A stretch of DNA of 42,713 nucleotides, from the IMG/VR virus record IMGVR_UViG_3300045988_116821; one strand, given 5' to 3'. Origin of the DNA: a virus. Below are positions 20,968 through 28,512 of the stretch, piece by piece. Made by a program: the position numbers and the translations under genes. A model generated the notes under the pieces. The model was not told where the DNA came from, did not search any database, and was given only the letters and a program-made list of their open reading frames with translations. Position 1 is the first letter of the stretch. Each line of letters starts with the position of its first letter.

Positions 20968-21189
20968 TTAAACCGCCTTTCTCTGTTCATCCGAGAAAAA
21001 TATCGGATTCACATCGAGATGCTTGCATAATGCTAAAAATTCATCTACTCGCAAATCGCGATTTCTTTTCTCATTAAAAAGACTGTCATACAATGCCATG
21101 TATGGAATATGGGTTTTTCTTGATATATCTGATAGATTGAACCCTTTGTGTCTTATATACTCAGAAACTCTCTGTGTTGCTCCATCCAT
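20968..21189 (-). CDS. Cro-like HTH early regulator
   Basis: 73 aa, divergent from the repressor gene, SD AAAGGAGG, HTH-like FNLSDISRKTHIPYMALYDSL. Confidence 0.65.
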   Translation of the reverse strand: MDGATQRVSEYIRHKGFNLSDISRKTHIPYMALYDSLFNEKRNRDLRVDEFLALCKHLDVNPIFFSDEQRKAV

Positions 21190-21209
21190 ATCCGCGCCTC
21201 CTTTCTAAG

Positions 21210-21282
21210 TTTCTAAGAATTTATCTGTATAATATTCTATTATTCTCAGAATGTCAATACTTTTTTCTAATATTCTTAGAAT
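21210..21282. promoter_or_regulatory. Three 11-bp operators, ATTCT-N-AGAAT
   Basis: O1 at 21210..21220 (TTTCTAAGAAT), O2 at 21242..21252 (ATTCTCAGAAT), O3 at 21272..21282 (ATTCTTAGAAT); centres 32 and 30 bp apart. Confidence 0.75.
21229..21257 (-). promoter_or_regulatory. Early (cro-like) promoter TTGACA-N17-TATTAT
   Basis: Minus-strand -35 at 21252..21257, -10 at 21229..21234. Confidence 0.65.
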
Positions 21283-21287
21283 TCTTA

Positions 21288-21316
21288 TTGACACGTTAAA
21301 AACATAATGATATATT
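21288..21316 (+). promoter_or_regulatory. Repressor promoter TTGACA-N17-TGaTATATT
   Basis: -35 at 21288..21293, -10 at 21311..21316 with TGn. Confidence 0.7.
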
Positions 21317-21348
21317 CAAGATACCAAGAAGAAACGAAGGGATTATTT

Positions 21349-21870
21349 ATGAAAAGTTCTATCGGTGAAACATTAAAAAAATGCAGGCTTAACGCAGGGA
21401 AATCTGTAAAAGAAATTTCTGATTTATTAATATCTAAAGGTTTCAAAGCATCTGAAAAAACAATCTACAGCTGGGAAAGTGGTAATAGCCAACCTAGTCC
21501 TGACGCGTTTTTAATTATGTGCAAAGCTTATAATCTTTCAGATATATTAAGAACTTTCGGATATACGAATACTTCAGCTTCCGACGTTAAACCTGTCTCA
21601 ACTAATAATCATGAATTTATAAAAAAATACCGTGAGCTTGACACCCACGGTAAAGATATGGTTGATACTGTTCTTCAGAAAGAATATGAGCACATTATTG
21701 AATTGCGTGATTTTGCTCCGCAATCTAAATATATAGGTAAAGATCCCGATAACATTGTCACTGTTGATCTCACACCTCTCGCCGCTCATACTCGTACAGA
21801 TGTAGAACAAACTCCTGAAGGTGTTCAGCATGATCTGGATATTATGAACGATGATTCTCAATGGAAATAG
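21349..21870 (+). CDS. XRE-family phage repressor (CI-like, no S24 peptidase domain recognised)
   Basis: HTH SIGETLKKCRLNAGKSVKEISDLLISKGFKASEKTIYSWESGNSQPS; divergent from the cro-like gene. Confidence 0.8.
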   Translation: MKSSIGETLKKCRLNAGKSVKEISDLLISKGFKASEKTIYSWESGNSQPSPDAFLIMCKAYNLSDILRTFGYTNTSASDVKPVSTNNHEFIKKYRELDTHGKDMVDTVLQKEYEHIIELRDFAPQSKYIGKDPDNIVTVDLTPLAAHTRTDVEQTPEGVQHDLDIMNDDSQWK

Positions 21871-21885
21871 AAAGGGGAAATGCAA

Positions 21886-22152
21886 ATGCCAGAATTAAGT
21901 AGATTTGAGGGGATGGTTATTAAAATGTTATTTAATGACACTGTCCAGCATAATAAGCCGCATGTCCATGTTACTTACGGTGAATACAGAGCTTCTGTTG
22001 GTATTGACGGTGAACTGCTTGCTGGATCGCTTCCGCAAAAACAGTTTAAAATGCTGGTCGGTTGGCTTGCTCTGCACGAAGATGAAGCTTATGCAGCTTG
22101 GAACAAAGCTGTCAGAGGCGAACACTTTGATAAGATTAAGCCTTTACAGTAA
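21886..22152 (+). CDS. DUF4160-like protein
   Basis: MPELSRFEGMVIKMLFNDTVQHNKPHVHVTYGEY matches the DUF4160 N-terminal signature. Confidence 0.65.
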   Translation: MPELSRFEGMVIKMLFNDTVQHNKPHVHVTYGEYRASVGIDGELLAGSLPQKQFKMLVGWLALHEDEAYAAWNKAVRGEHFDKIKPLQ

Positions 22153-22165
22153 GGAGGAATTCTTT

Positions 22166-22465
22166 ATGTTTATTTCAAATGGAATTGTTTACGCTAGTGA
22201 ACGCCCGGAAAATGTACAGATTATTGCAGTAAAGCCATTGGATGATATGATGATGCTTCTCACTTTTTCAACTGGTGAGCAGAGACTTTTTGATGCTTCG
22301 GTATTAAACGGCCCCGCTTTCGCTCCATTAACTGATGAAAAAATATTCAAAGACTGCAAAATCGTAGATGGAGTTGTCACCTGGATGGACGAAGATATTG
22401 ACTGTGCTCCTGAATATATGTACGAGCATAGTTATGCGTATCCGTCCTTAAAATCCGCAATTTGA
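22166..22465 (+). CDS. DUF2442-like protein
   Basis: ATG 22166 after SD AAGGAGG; usual partner gene of DUF4160. The track ORF 21905..22465 is an upstream extension. Confidence 0.6.
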   Translation: MFISNGIVYASERPENVQIIAVKPLDDMMMLLTFSTGEQRLFDASVLNGPAFAPLTDEKIFKDCKIVDGVVTWMDEDIDCAPEYMYEHSYAYPSLKSAI

Positions 22466-22484
22466 ATTAAAAGGACTGATTTAT

Positions 22485-22952
22485 TTGACCTACGAACAAC
22501 TTTTAAGTACTGCCGATCAGGCCGGCCTTACAGTAAAGGAACGGCCGCTCCAAAAACATGATGGGCTGATCCGCGGCAATCGTATCGCTATTCGAAAAAG
22601 TATTGACACTCAGGCTGAAAAGTCCTGTGTGCTGGCTGAAGAACTTGGTCACCACTACACCACTACCGGCAATATCCTGGAACAGGCATCTGATGTGATG
22701 AACCGAAAGCAGGAATACCGCGCCAGGCTTTACGGCTATAATCTCCGTGTTGGCCTGATCGGGATCATTAAGGCTTACGAAGCCCGCTGTCGGAATCTTC
22801 ATGAGATGGCTGAGTATCTGGATGTACCGGAGGATTATCTCATTGAAGTGATCGACTGCTACCGTTCCAAATATGGGCAGTATGTTGCTGTGGATAATTA
22901 TATGATCTATTTTGTTCCCCAGCTGGCCGTGATGAGAATTGATGTTTTATAA
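22485..22952 (+). CDS. ImmA/IrrE-type metallopeptidase (anti-repressor protease candidate)
   Basis: TTG start; HExxH motif AEELGHHY; last gene of the repressor operon. Confidence 0.65.
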   Translation: MTYEQLLSTADQAGLTVKERPLQKHDGLIRGNRIAIRKSIDTQAEKSCVLAEELGHHYTTTGNILEQASDVMNRKQEYRARLYGYNLRVGLIGIIKAYEARCRNLHEMAEYLDVPEDYLIEVIDCYRSKYGQYVAVDNYMIYFVPQLAVMRIDVL

Positions 22953-22982
22953 TAAATGCATAATGATGGCATAGAGTAATAA

Positions 22983-23066
22983 CCAAGTAGCAAAGGTCGG
23001 AAAGGCTCCCGACACACTCGCAAGAGTACCTGAGATGATAGATACGCCGCCCATCTTGTTACTTGG
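22983..23066 (+). ncRNA. Candidate structured RNA (multi-helix junction) of unknown class
   Basis: P1 CCAAGTAGCAA/TTGTTACTTGG (11 bp, one G-U) encloses GTCGG..CCGAC, ACTC-GCAA-GAGT (GNRA loop) and GATG..CATC. Confidence 0.45.
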
Positions 23067-23077
23067 ATTATCTTAAA

Positions 23078-23106
23078 GGTGTTGTCGTTATGGCAACACC
23101 TTTTTT
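23078..23106 (+). terminator. Intrinsic terminator
   Basis: GGTGTTG-loop-CAACACC followed by TTTTTT. Confidence 0.8.
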
Positions 23107-23195
23107 CGTTCTATAATAAAAAATACAAATAAGCAATTTTCTATGATGAATATCGTATTATTTGTGGATATTATAATTTAAAGGAGGCGTTTCTT

Positions 23196-24155
23196 ATGAA
23201 AAAGAAAACCTGGTGTATCTCGTTGTTGCTGGCTTTATGCCTGCTCTTCTGTAGCATCCCTGTTCAAGCTGCAAGTGGTTGGAATTATTCATGTGGCGGT
23301 GGTTATCGAAAACCTATCACCTTAAAAAAAGGTAAAACTGTTACGGCTTATCTTGCACGCTCAGAGCGTATGGGATTCAATGTTCCCGGAAGTGGTTACA
23401 AATGGAGTAGTTCGAATAAAAAATGCGCTACTATTTCCCGCGGTGTAGCAACATATAAAAAAAATGGTTCTACAATCATTACAGCAAAAAAGGGAAAGAA
23501 TGTATATAGGTGTAAACTTATAACAGAATCACCCAGAGCAGGAAAAGCCGTATCTACAATGACTGTCGGAAAAACCTATCAGTACTCTATTTATGGAACA
23601 AAACAGAAAATCGCCTGGAAATCTTCAAATAACTCTGTGGTTTCTATTAATTCCAAAGGAAAGGCTACCGCAAAACGTTCTGGATATGTAACAATAACAG
23701 CAACTTTCGGAACTTATCATTTTGAATCTTATGTAAATGTCAATCCGAAACCCACTGTTGTAAAAACGTATAATATAGGACAGACCTGGAAAGTTCCTGG
23801 TCAGTGGAGTTTAAGAATCAATTCCGTCACAGAAATGGACGAACGTAATCCATATTCGGATGTTTATCCGGACGCTGTATATCTCATTGATTATACTTAT
23901 GAAAATCTTGGATATGGTGATGGATTATATATTTCAATGGATCTTCAAAGAATTGTAGACGCAAAAGGCTATACTGGATATTCTTATCCAAACGATCAGG
24001 CATATTATCCTCAGGAACTTCCTGTTGGTGCCAAGTGTCACGCTCAGGGAATCATCGGTGTTGATCATGCCGGAAACTTCAAGATTTATGTTGATCAATA
24101 TACCAACACAACATACAAAAAATATTCCGCAATTTTTAATATAAAAATCAATTAA
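23196..24155 (+). CDS. Secreted protein with Ig-like (Big_2-type) repeats and a C-terminal beta-rich domain (moron)
   Basis: Signal peptide MKKKTWCISLLLALCLLFCSIPVQA; SD AAAGGAGG; repeated ...SSN...V..I...GK.TAKK.G...ITA segments. Confidence 0.7.
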   Translation: MKKKTWCISLLLALCLLFCSIPVQAASGWNYSCGGGYRKPITLKKGKTVTAYLARSERMGFNVPGSGYKWSSSNKKCATISRGVATYKKNGSTIITAKKGKNVYRCKLITESPRAGKAVSTMTVGKTYQYSIYGTKQKIAWKSSNNSVVSINSKGKATAKRSGYVTITATFGTYHFESYVNVNPKPTVVKTYNIGQTWKVPGQWSLRINSVTEMDERNPYSDVYPDAVYLIDYTYENLGYGDGLYISMDLQRIVDAKGYTGYSYPNDQAYYPQELPVGAKCHAQGIIGVDHAGNFKIYVDQYTNTTYKKYSAIFNIKIN

Positions 24156-24327
24156 ACATATAAAAACCGCCCCAGTACGCCAATACCGGGACGGTGGTGG
24201 ATCTCCGAAGAGATATCCGTTTTCAGCAAAAATATTGTATCATCTTCGGAGCGGCTGCACAATCAGAACATTTGTGTGGTCGTTATTTTTGTACCCATTT
24301 TTACATATTTTAAACCGAGGTGATATT

Positions 24328-25896
24328 ATGGAACTTTTAAATGTATGTATCTACCTGCGTAAGTCCCGTGCTGATCGGGAGGCTGAAGCCCGAGGTGAAG
24401 GCGAAACTCTCGCCCGACACGAGCGGATCCTGCTGGATCTTGCAAAAAAGCGTGGCTATAATGTAGGGGCGATCTATAAAGAGATTGTTTCCGGTGAGAC
24501 GATTTCTGCAAGGCCTGTTATGCAACAACTTCTTCGTGAAGTTGAATCCGGTATGTGGGATGGTGTCCTTGTTGTTGAAGTGGAACGTCTGGCTAGAGGC
24601 GATACCATTGACCAGGGTGTTGTTGCCAGATCTTTCCAATACTCCAACACATTAATCATTACTCCACTTAAAACTTACGATCCAAACAACGAATACGACG
24701 AAGAGTATTTTGAATTCGGACTTTTTATGTCCCGGCGTGAATACAAGACCATTCGCCGCCGTCTCACTGCAGGTCGCGAATCTTCCGCAAAAGAAGGAAA
24801 ATATTGCGGCAGTAAGCCGCCTTATGGATATTCCCGTGTAAAACTTGTTGGTGAAAAAGGATGGACACTGCAGCCTGTTCCTGACCAGGCAGAGATTGTC
24901 AAGCTTATATTCAATTTATATGTCCATGGAGTATCCGGCGAACGAATTGGAATGGCTAAGATCTGCCGTAAATTAAATGATTCCGGAATCAAGACCATGG
25001 ATGGTGGCCTATGGACCATTTCTCGTGTGCAGGCAATTCTCAGAAATCCAGTATATGAAGGAATGATACGATGGAACAGTCGGAAAGCAGTAAAGCATAT
25101 AAAGGATGGGCAAATAACTATCTCCCGTCCTTTCGCTCAGGATTATATTCTTGTCAAAGGCAGGCATCCTGCTATTGTATCAAGGGAACTCTTTCAGCAA
25201 GCTCAAGATATCGTAAACAAAAATCCTGCACGGCCGCTTAACTCTTTGCATGTTCTTCGTAACCCTCTTGCCGGTATTGTTCGTTGTGGAAAATGTGATC
25301 ATGTTATGACTCGTAAATCCCCTAATGGAAGACAGGGTGATCTGATCCGGTGCCCATACAGTTCTTGTAGCAATATAAGCAGCAAGCTTCCTCTTGTTGA
25401 AAAGGCTCTTCTTGACGGAATCCAGGAGCTTGTAGATGGCTACAGACTAAATAACAGTGTTTCCGATCAGGAGTATTCTCTTTCTATTTCTGAAAGAGAA
25501 AAAATGATTCAAGGAAAATTAAAAGAAATTGATATTTTAAAGAAAAGGAAACAAAGGCAGTATGATCTTCTTGAACAGGGAATTTACTCCACGGAAGAAT
25601 TTCTTGAACGCTCCCGTGCTACTGCTGCCGAGCTGTCTGCCTGCGATGCAGTAATTCTTTCTCTGAAGCAAGAAATTGAACATGAACAGGAACTTCAGTT
25701 TCAACGTTCCTCTTTTATTCCCAAGTGCGAGGATCTTCTCGCAAATTACTGGACGTGGGATACCTCTACAAAGAACCGATTTCTCCGTGAACTGATAGAA
25801 AAGGCTGTTTATACTAAAAACGCAAAAAATACATGGAAAAATGGCGATGACATCTCTTTTACTTTAGATATTTATCCAAAAATCCAGCAAAAGTAA
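24328..25896 (+). CDS. int: Large serine recombinase (integrase or resolvase)
   Basis: N-terminal catalytic VCIYLRKSRAD, recombinase domain, zinc ribbon CGKCDH...CPYSSC, C-terminal coiled coil; ATG 24328 after SD GAGGTG. Confidence 0.9.
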   Translation: MELLNVCIYLRKSRADREAEARGEGETLARHERILLDLAKKRGYNVGAIYKEIVSGETISARPVMQQLLREVESGMWDGVLVVEVERLARGDTIDQGVVARSFQYSNTLIITPLKTYDPNNEYDEEYFEFGLFMSRREYKTIRRRLTAGRESSAKEGKYCGSKPPYGYSRVKLVGEKGWTLQPVPDQAEIVKLIFNLYVHGVSGERIGMAKICRKLNDSGIKTMDGGLWTISRVQAILRNPVYEGMIRWNSRKAVKHIKDGQITISRPFAQDYILVKGRHPAIVSRELFQQAQDIVNKNPARPLNSLHVLRNPLAGIVRCGKCDHVMTRKSPNGRQGDLIRCPYSSCSNISSKLPLVEKALLDGIQELVDGYRLNNSVSDQEYSLSISEREKMIQGKLKEIDILKKRKQRQYDLLEQGIYSTEEFLERSRATAAELSACDAVILSLKQEIEHEQELQFQRSSFIPKCEDLLANYWTWDTSTKNRFLRELIEKAVYTKNAKNTWKNGDDISFTLDIYPKIQQK

Positions 25897-25910
25897 GTGT
25901 AGGTAGCCTT

Positions 25911-25934
25911 TATGTACCTGCACATTGGCACATA
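25911..25934. other. Imperfect inverted repeat TATGTACC-N8-GGCACATA (attP core candidate)
   Basis: 7 of 8 complementary arms, 15 nt after the recombinase stop. Confidence 0.25.
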
Positions 25935-25953
25935 AATGATGATACAATATCCG

Positions 25954-25983
25954 TCCGGCAGTGGGTACCTGCCGGACTTTTTT
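25954..25983. terminator. Intrinsic terminator between the convergent recombinase and endolysin genes
   Basis: TCCGGCAG-TGGGTAC-CTGCCGGA followed by CTTTTTT. Confidence 0.8.
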
Positions 25984-25994
25984 ATAATAGGAAG

Positions 25995-27428
25995 TTATTT
26001 TGTCTTTGCCTTCACATGTTCGATCACCTTTTTCCAGGAATCAATACCACAGGTTCCACTTACCTTTACGCCTGTGTTTTTCTGGAAAACTTTCAGGGAT
26101 GTTTCTGTATCGTCTCCGAAACGGCCATCCACAGTAACACCAAGTACAGACTGCAGCACAGAAACTGCAACGCCGGAATTCCCTTTCCGGATGATTGGAA
26201 GCTGGGTCTCAAACTTTCCCGTCAGAACTACTGCCTTTTTTGAAGTCTGTACCGGATACACTGCTTTTCCGTTCCAGTCATAGATGGTGTATCCCTGTTT
26301 CCACTCTTTCTTTGCATTCTCAAGGCTCTTGTATGCTCCGATCTGGCTCTTGCTGTCAGCCCAGGACTTTCTTGTGCGATAATACTTATCTACCGTCGGT
26401 GTGTCGGTCTTAGCTCCGATCAGCTGCTTGAACCGGTTCCAGTCACCTTTTGCACGGATTGCTGACGGGCAGTTCTTTGCACATACATCATAATGCTGCA
26501 CAACTCTGTCTGCCGGGATTCCCAGCTGTTTCATAAGCTGTTTGCACACCTGGACTGTATTCTGGAAAGCTTTCTCGTAGTTATAGCCCGCCTGAACGCA
26601 CATCTCGATTCCTACTGAATTTCTGTTGTTGACAGTACCGAACAGCCGACCGCCGTAGTTGACGCCCACGTGCCATGCTCCACGGTTGTATGGAAGCGCC
26701 TGATACGCTTCTGTGTCGTCCACATATACATGTGCAGAATATCCCTTAAAGTTGCCATCATGCTGTGCTTTTGCATGCGCTTTCGCATTTGCACCCTTGG
26801 CATAGTTATCCGTGTTGTGAATTACGATATATGCCGGTTTCTGACCTGCATAGCTATTGTTGTTACTGATAAGGCTTGTGTTGATATTCATGGTATTACT
26901 CTCCTTTTCTGTTTTTGATGTCTTGATAGATAATATGCCATTCAGGATGTTGATGATTTTCTGTCCGTAGTTCTTTCCGGATGCCCAGCCCTGACCTTTG
27001 GGATTTTCCTGGATGCCGAGATGCTCAACATACTCAGCGCAGCCTCTTGATACGTATGTATATCGCGGGTCAATACATTTCTGTTTCAGTCCGTCTGTAC
27101 AAGCGTAAGCCTGCAGATGCTGGATCTGCGCCCTGATTCCTTCTTTCGCAGTTTTGAAGCTGCAGCCTTTCTTTCCTGTGACGTTCACACCTAATCCGCA
27201 GAAATTATTCTGATCAAGTGTTACTGCTGATCCCGAAAACGTGAAGTTTCCTGTTTCCAAACAGGACTGGGCAAAAGCAATGTCACCACGCACGCCCTCT
27301 TCCGTGCCTTCCGTGATATACAGAGGAATCATCTTTGTGACCGAATCGGACACCTGTGGATTTACTTTTTTGATGTAAACCTTCATCTGTTCAACGCTGG
27401 CCTGTGGGGTTCCCATGATCTTTATCAT
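25995..27428 (-). CDS. Multidomain endolysin: glucosaminidase + N-acetylmuramoyl-L-alanine amidase + cell-wall-binding domains
   Basis: FAQSCLETGNFTFSG (glucosaminidase-like), YIVIHNTDNY...AHVYVDD (Amidase_2-like), C-terminal PG_binding_1-like NSGVAVSVLQSVLGVTVDGRFG. Confidence 0.85.
   Translation of the reverse strand: MIKIMGTPQASVEQMKVYIKKVNPQVSDSVTKMIPLYITEGTEEGVRGDIAFAQSCLETGNFTFSGSAVTLDQNNFCGLGVNVTGKKGCSFKTAKEGIRAQIQHLQAYACTDGLKQKCIDPRYTYVSRGCAEYVEHLGIQENPKGQGWASGKNYGQKIINILNGILSIKTSKTEKESNTMNINTSLISNNNSYAGQKPAYIVIHNTDNYAKGANAKAHAKAQHDGNFKGYSAHVYVDDTEAYQALPYNRGAWHVGVNYGGRLFGTVNNRNSVGIEMCVQAGYNYEKAFQNTVQVCKQLMKQLGIPADRVVQHYDVCAKNCPSAIRAKGDWNRFKQLIGAKTDTPTVDKYYRTRKSWADSKSQIGAYKSLENAKKEWKQGYTIYDWNGKAVYPVQTSKKAVVLTGKFETQLPIIRKGNSGVAVSVLQSVLGVTVDGRFGDDTETSLKVFQKNTGVKVSGTCGIDSWKKVIEHVKAKTK
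27337..27354. repeat. GTGTCC-N5-GGACAC palindrome, copy 3 (one mismatch; inside the endolysin gene)
   Basis: GTGACCGAATCGGACACC; shares CCGAATCGGACACC with copy 1. Confidence 0.75.
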
Positions 27429-27449
27429 ATTTTCCTCCTGTGAGGGTGA

Positions 27450-27788
27450 TCACTCACCCTCTGAATTTTTATATTTTGTTCTTTCCCAGATCTCCTTGAC
27501 TTTCTCCCAGCCTCCGGTTGCAACCAGATACACGATAAATGCTGCAATCACAGATGCTACAATGTAATACCAGGTTATTGCAGCTTTATAATATGTGCAC
27601 AGAATCAGTAATGCTACCGGGCACAGAATCAGGGATGCTACAAGGGCAACAATACTGGTCTGAATGTTCTTCAGACCTGGAAGATCTTTGATCACCTGCA
27701 CGATTGCTGAAACGATAAATGCCAGGATTCCGATCAGGGCCAGGGCGTAAGTTACATACTGTGTGATAGTGTTAATATTCATAGTCAT
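27450..27788 (-). CDS. Holin-like membrane protein
   Basis: 112 aa, three hydrophobic segments, charged C-terminus, immediately upstream of the endolysin. Confidence 0.7.
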   Translation of the reverse strand: MTMNINTITQYVTYALALIGILAFIVSAIVQVIKDLPGLKNIQTSIVALVASLILCPVALLILCTYYKAAITWYYIVASVIAAFIVYLVATGGWEKVKEIWERTKYKNSEGE

Positions 27789-28087
27789 TCTCCCTTTCTT
27801 TTGATATGCAGTTCTTCAATTTCCTGTTTCATTTTTGTTACCATGCCATTTCCGCCAAGTCTGTGGTAAGCTTCGTACATTTCGCAGAAATTCTGATATG
27901 CGTATGACGGAATATCTCCCATCTTCGTATACTTTGAGTGATACTCAATCATCTGGACGCGAAGCAAGAGCATAGTTCCCTTACTGTTTGCGTCTCGATC
28001 TTTCTTCTGATTTTTCAGAAGCCAAACGATATAACCAAGCAAAATCGGCAATGCGATAAGATATGTTTGTGTGAGTATTTCTTTCAA
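27785..28087 (-). CDS. Small N-terminally anchored membrane protein of the lysis cassette
   Basis: TTG start; TM YLIALPILLGYIVWLL; overlaps the holin start. Confidence 0.55.
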   Translation of the reverse strand: MKEILTQTYLIALPILLGYIVWLLKNQKKDRDANSKGTMLLLRVQMIEYHSKYTKMGDIPSYAYQNFCEMYEAYHRLGGNGMVTKMKQEIEELHIKRKGE

Positions 28088-28108
28088 TTATTCACGCTTT
28101 CTCCGGCT

Positions 28109-28124
28109 ATTGCGCCGGCGCAAT
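28109..28124. repeat. GC-rich palindrome copy B (ATTGCGCCGGCGCAAT)
   Basis: Contains the same 16-mer as 1183..1198; lies between a terminator and the first lysis-cassette gene. Confidence 0.9.
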
Positions 28125-28132
28125 TTTCTGTA

Positions 28133-28161
28133 AAATAAAAGAGCCTGTCACGGCTCGGCTC
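28133..28161 (-). terminator. Intrinsic terminator after the tail genes
   Basis: Minus strand AGAGCC-GAGCCGTGAC-GGCTCT followed by TTTTATTTT. Confidence 0.75.
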
Positions 28162-28196
28162 TGATCTTCATAAATAAATCCTTTCTATCCTTTCAA

Positions 28197-28496
28197 TCAA
28201 ACACTGTTATCCTTATCTTCGAAAACATCTTCCGCTCCTTCGAACTCCAGAAGGGTTTTGAGATATTCATATGCTTCCTTGATACTCAGATCGCTAAATT
28301 TCTCAGTTTCATAGGTGACAATTTTCTGATAAGGCTGCTGAATTTCTCCCGCGAGCTGTTTATTCCTGATCTCTTCGGAAGCCAAGGAAATCACAGCAAC
28401 AGAGCAATGACTGTTTACAGTGTTTGATACATACAGGATGCGGTGGTATTCAGTAATCACACCATCCTCCTGGATTATCTTCTTTTTTAATGCCAT
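28197..28496 (-). CDS. Hypothetical protein downstream of the tail fibre (99 aa)
   Basis: Compact ORF, acidic C-terminus. Confidence 0.65.
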   Translation of the reverse strand: MALKKKIIQEDGVITEYHRILYVSNTVNSHCSVAVISLASEEIRNKQLAGEIQQPYQKIVTYETEKFSDLSIKEAYEYLKTLLEFEGAEDVFEDKDNSV

Positions 28497-28512
28497 TTTG
28501 ATTCTCCTTTAG

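Noticed and set aside
21905-22465. 186-aa track ORF
   Set aside because: It is an out-of-frame upstream extension through the DUF4160 gene. The real gene starts at ATG 22166, right after AAGGAGG.
22983-23066. Assignment of the structured RNA to the TPP riboswitch (CUGAGA box), hammerhead ribozyme (CUGANGA) or c-di-GMP-I
   Set aside because: Only short partial matches were seen (CCUGAGAUGA). The other obligatory conserved blocks of these classes are absent, so the class is left open.
24156-24327. Hairpins upstream of the recombinase gene considered as attP
   Set aside because: Only short, bulged stems were found (one is a plausible terminator for 23196..24155, GGATCTC-CGAA-GAGATATCC followed by GTTTTC). 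There is no convincing imperfect palindrome around a central dinucleotide.
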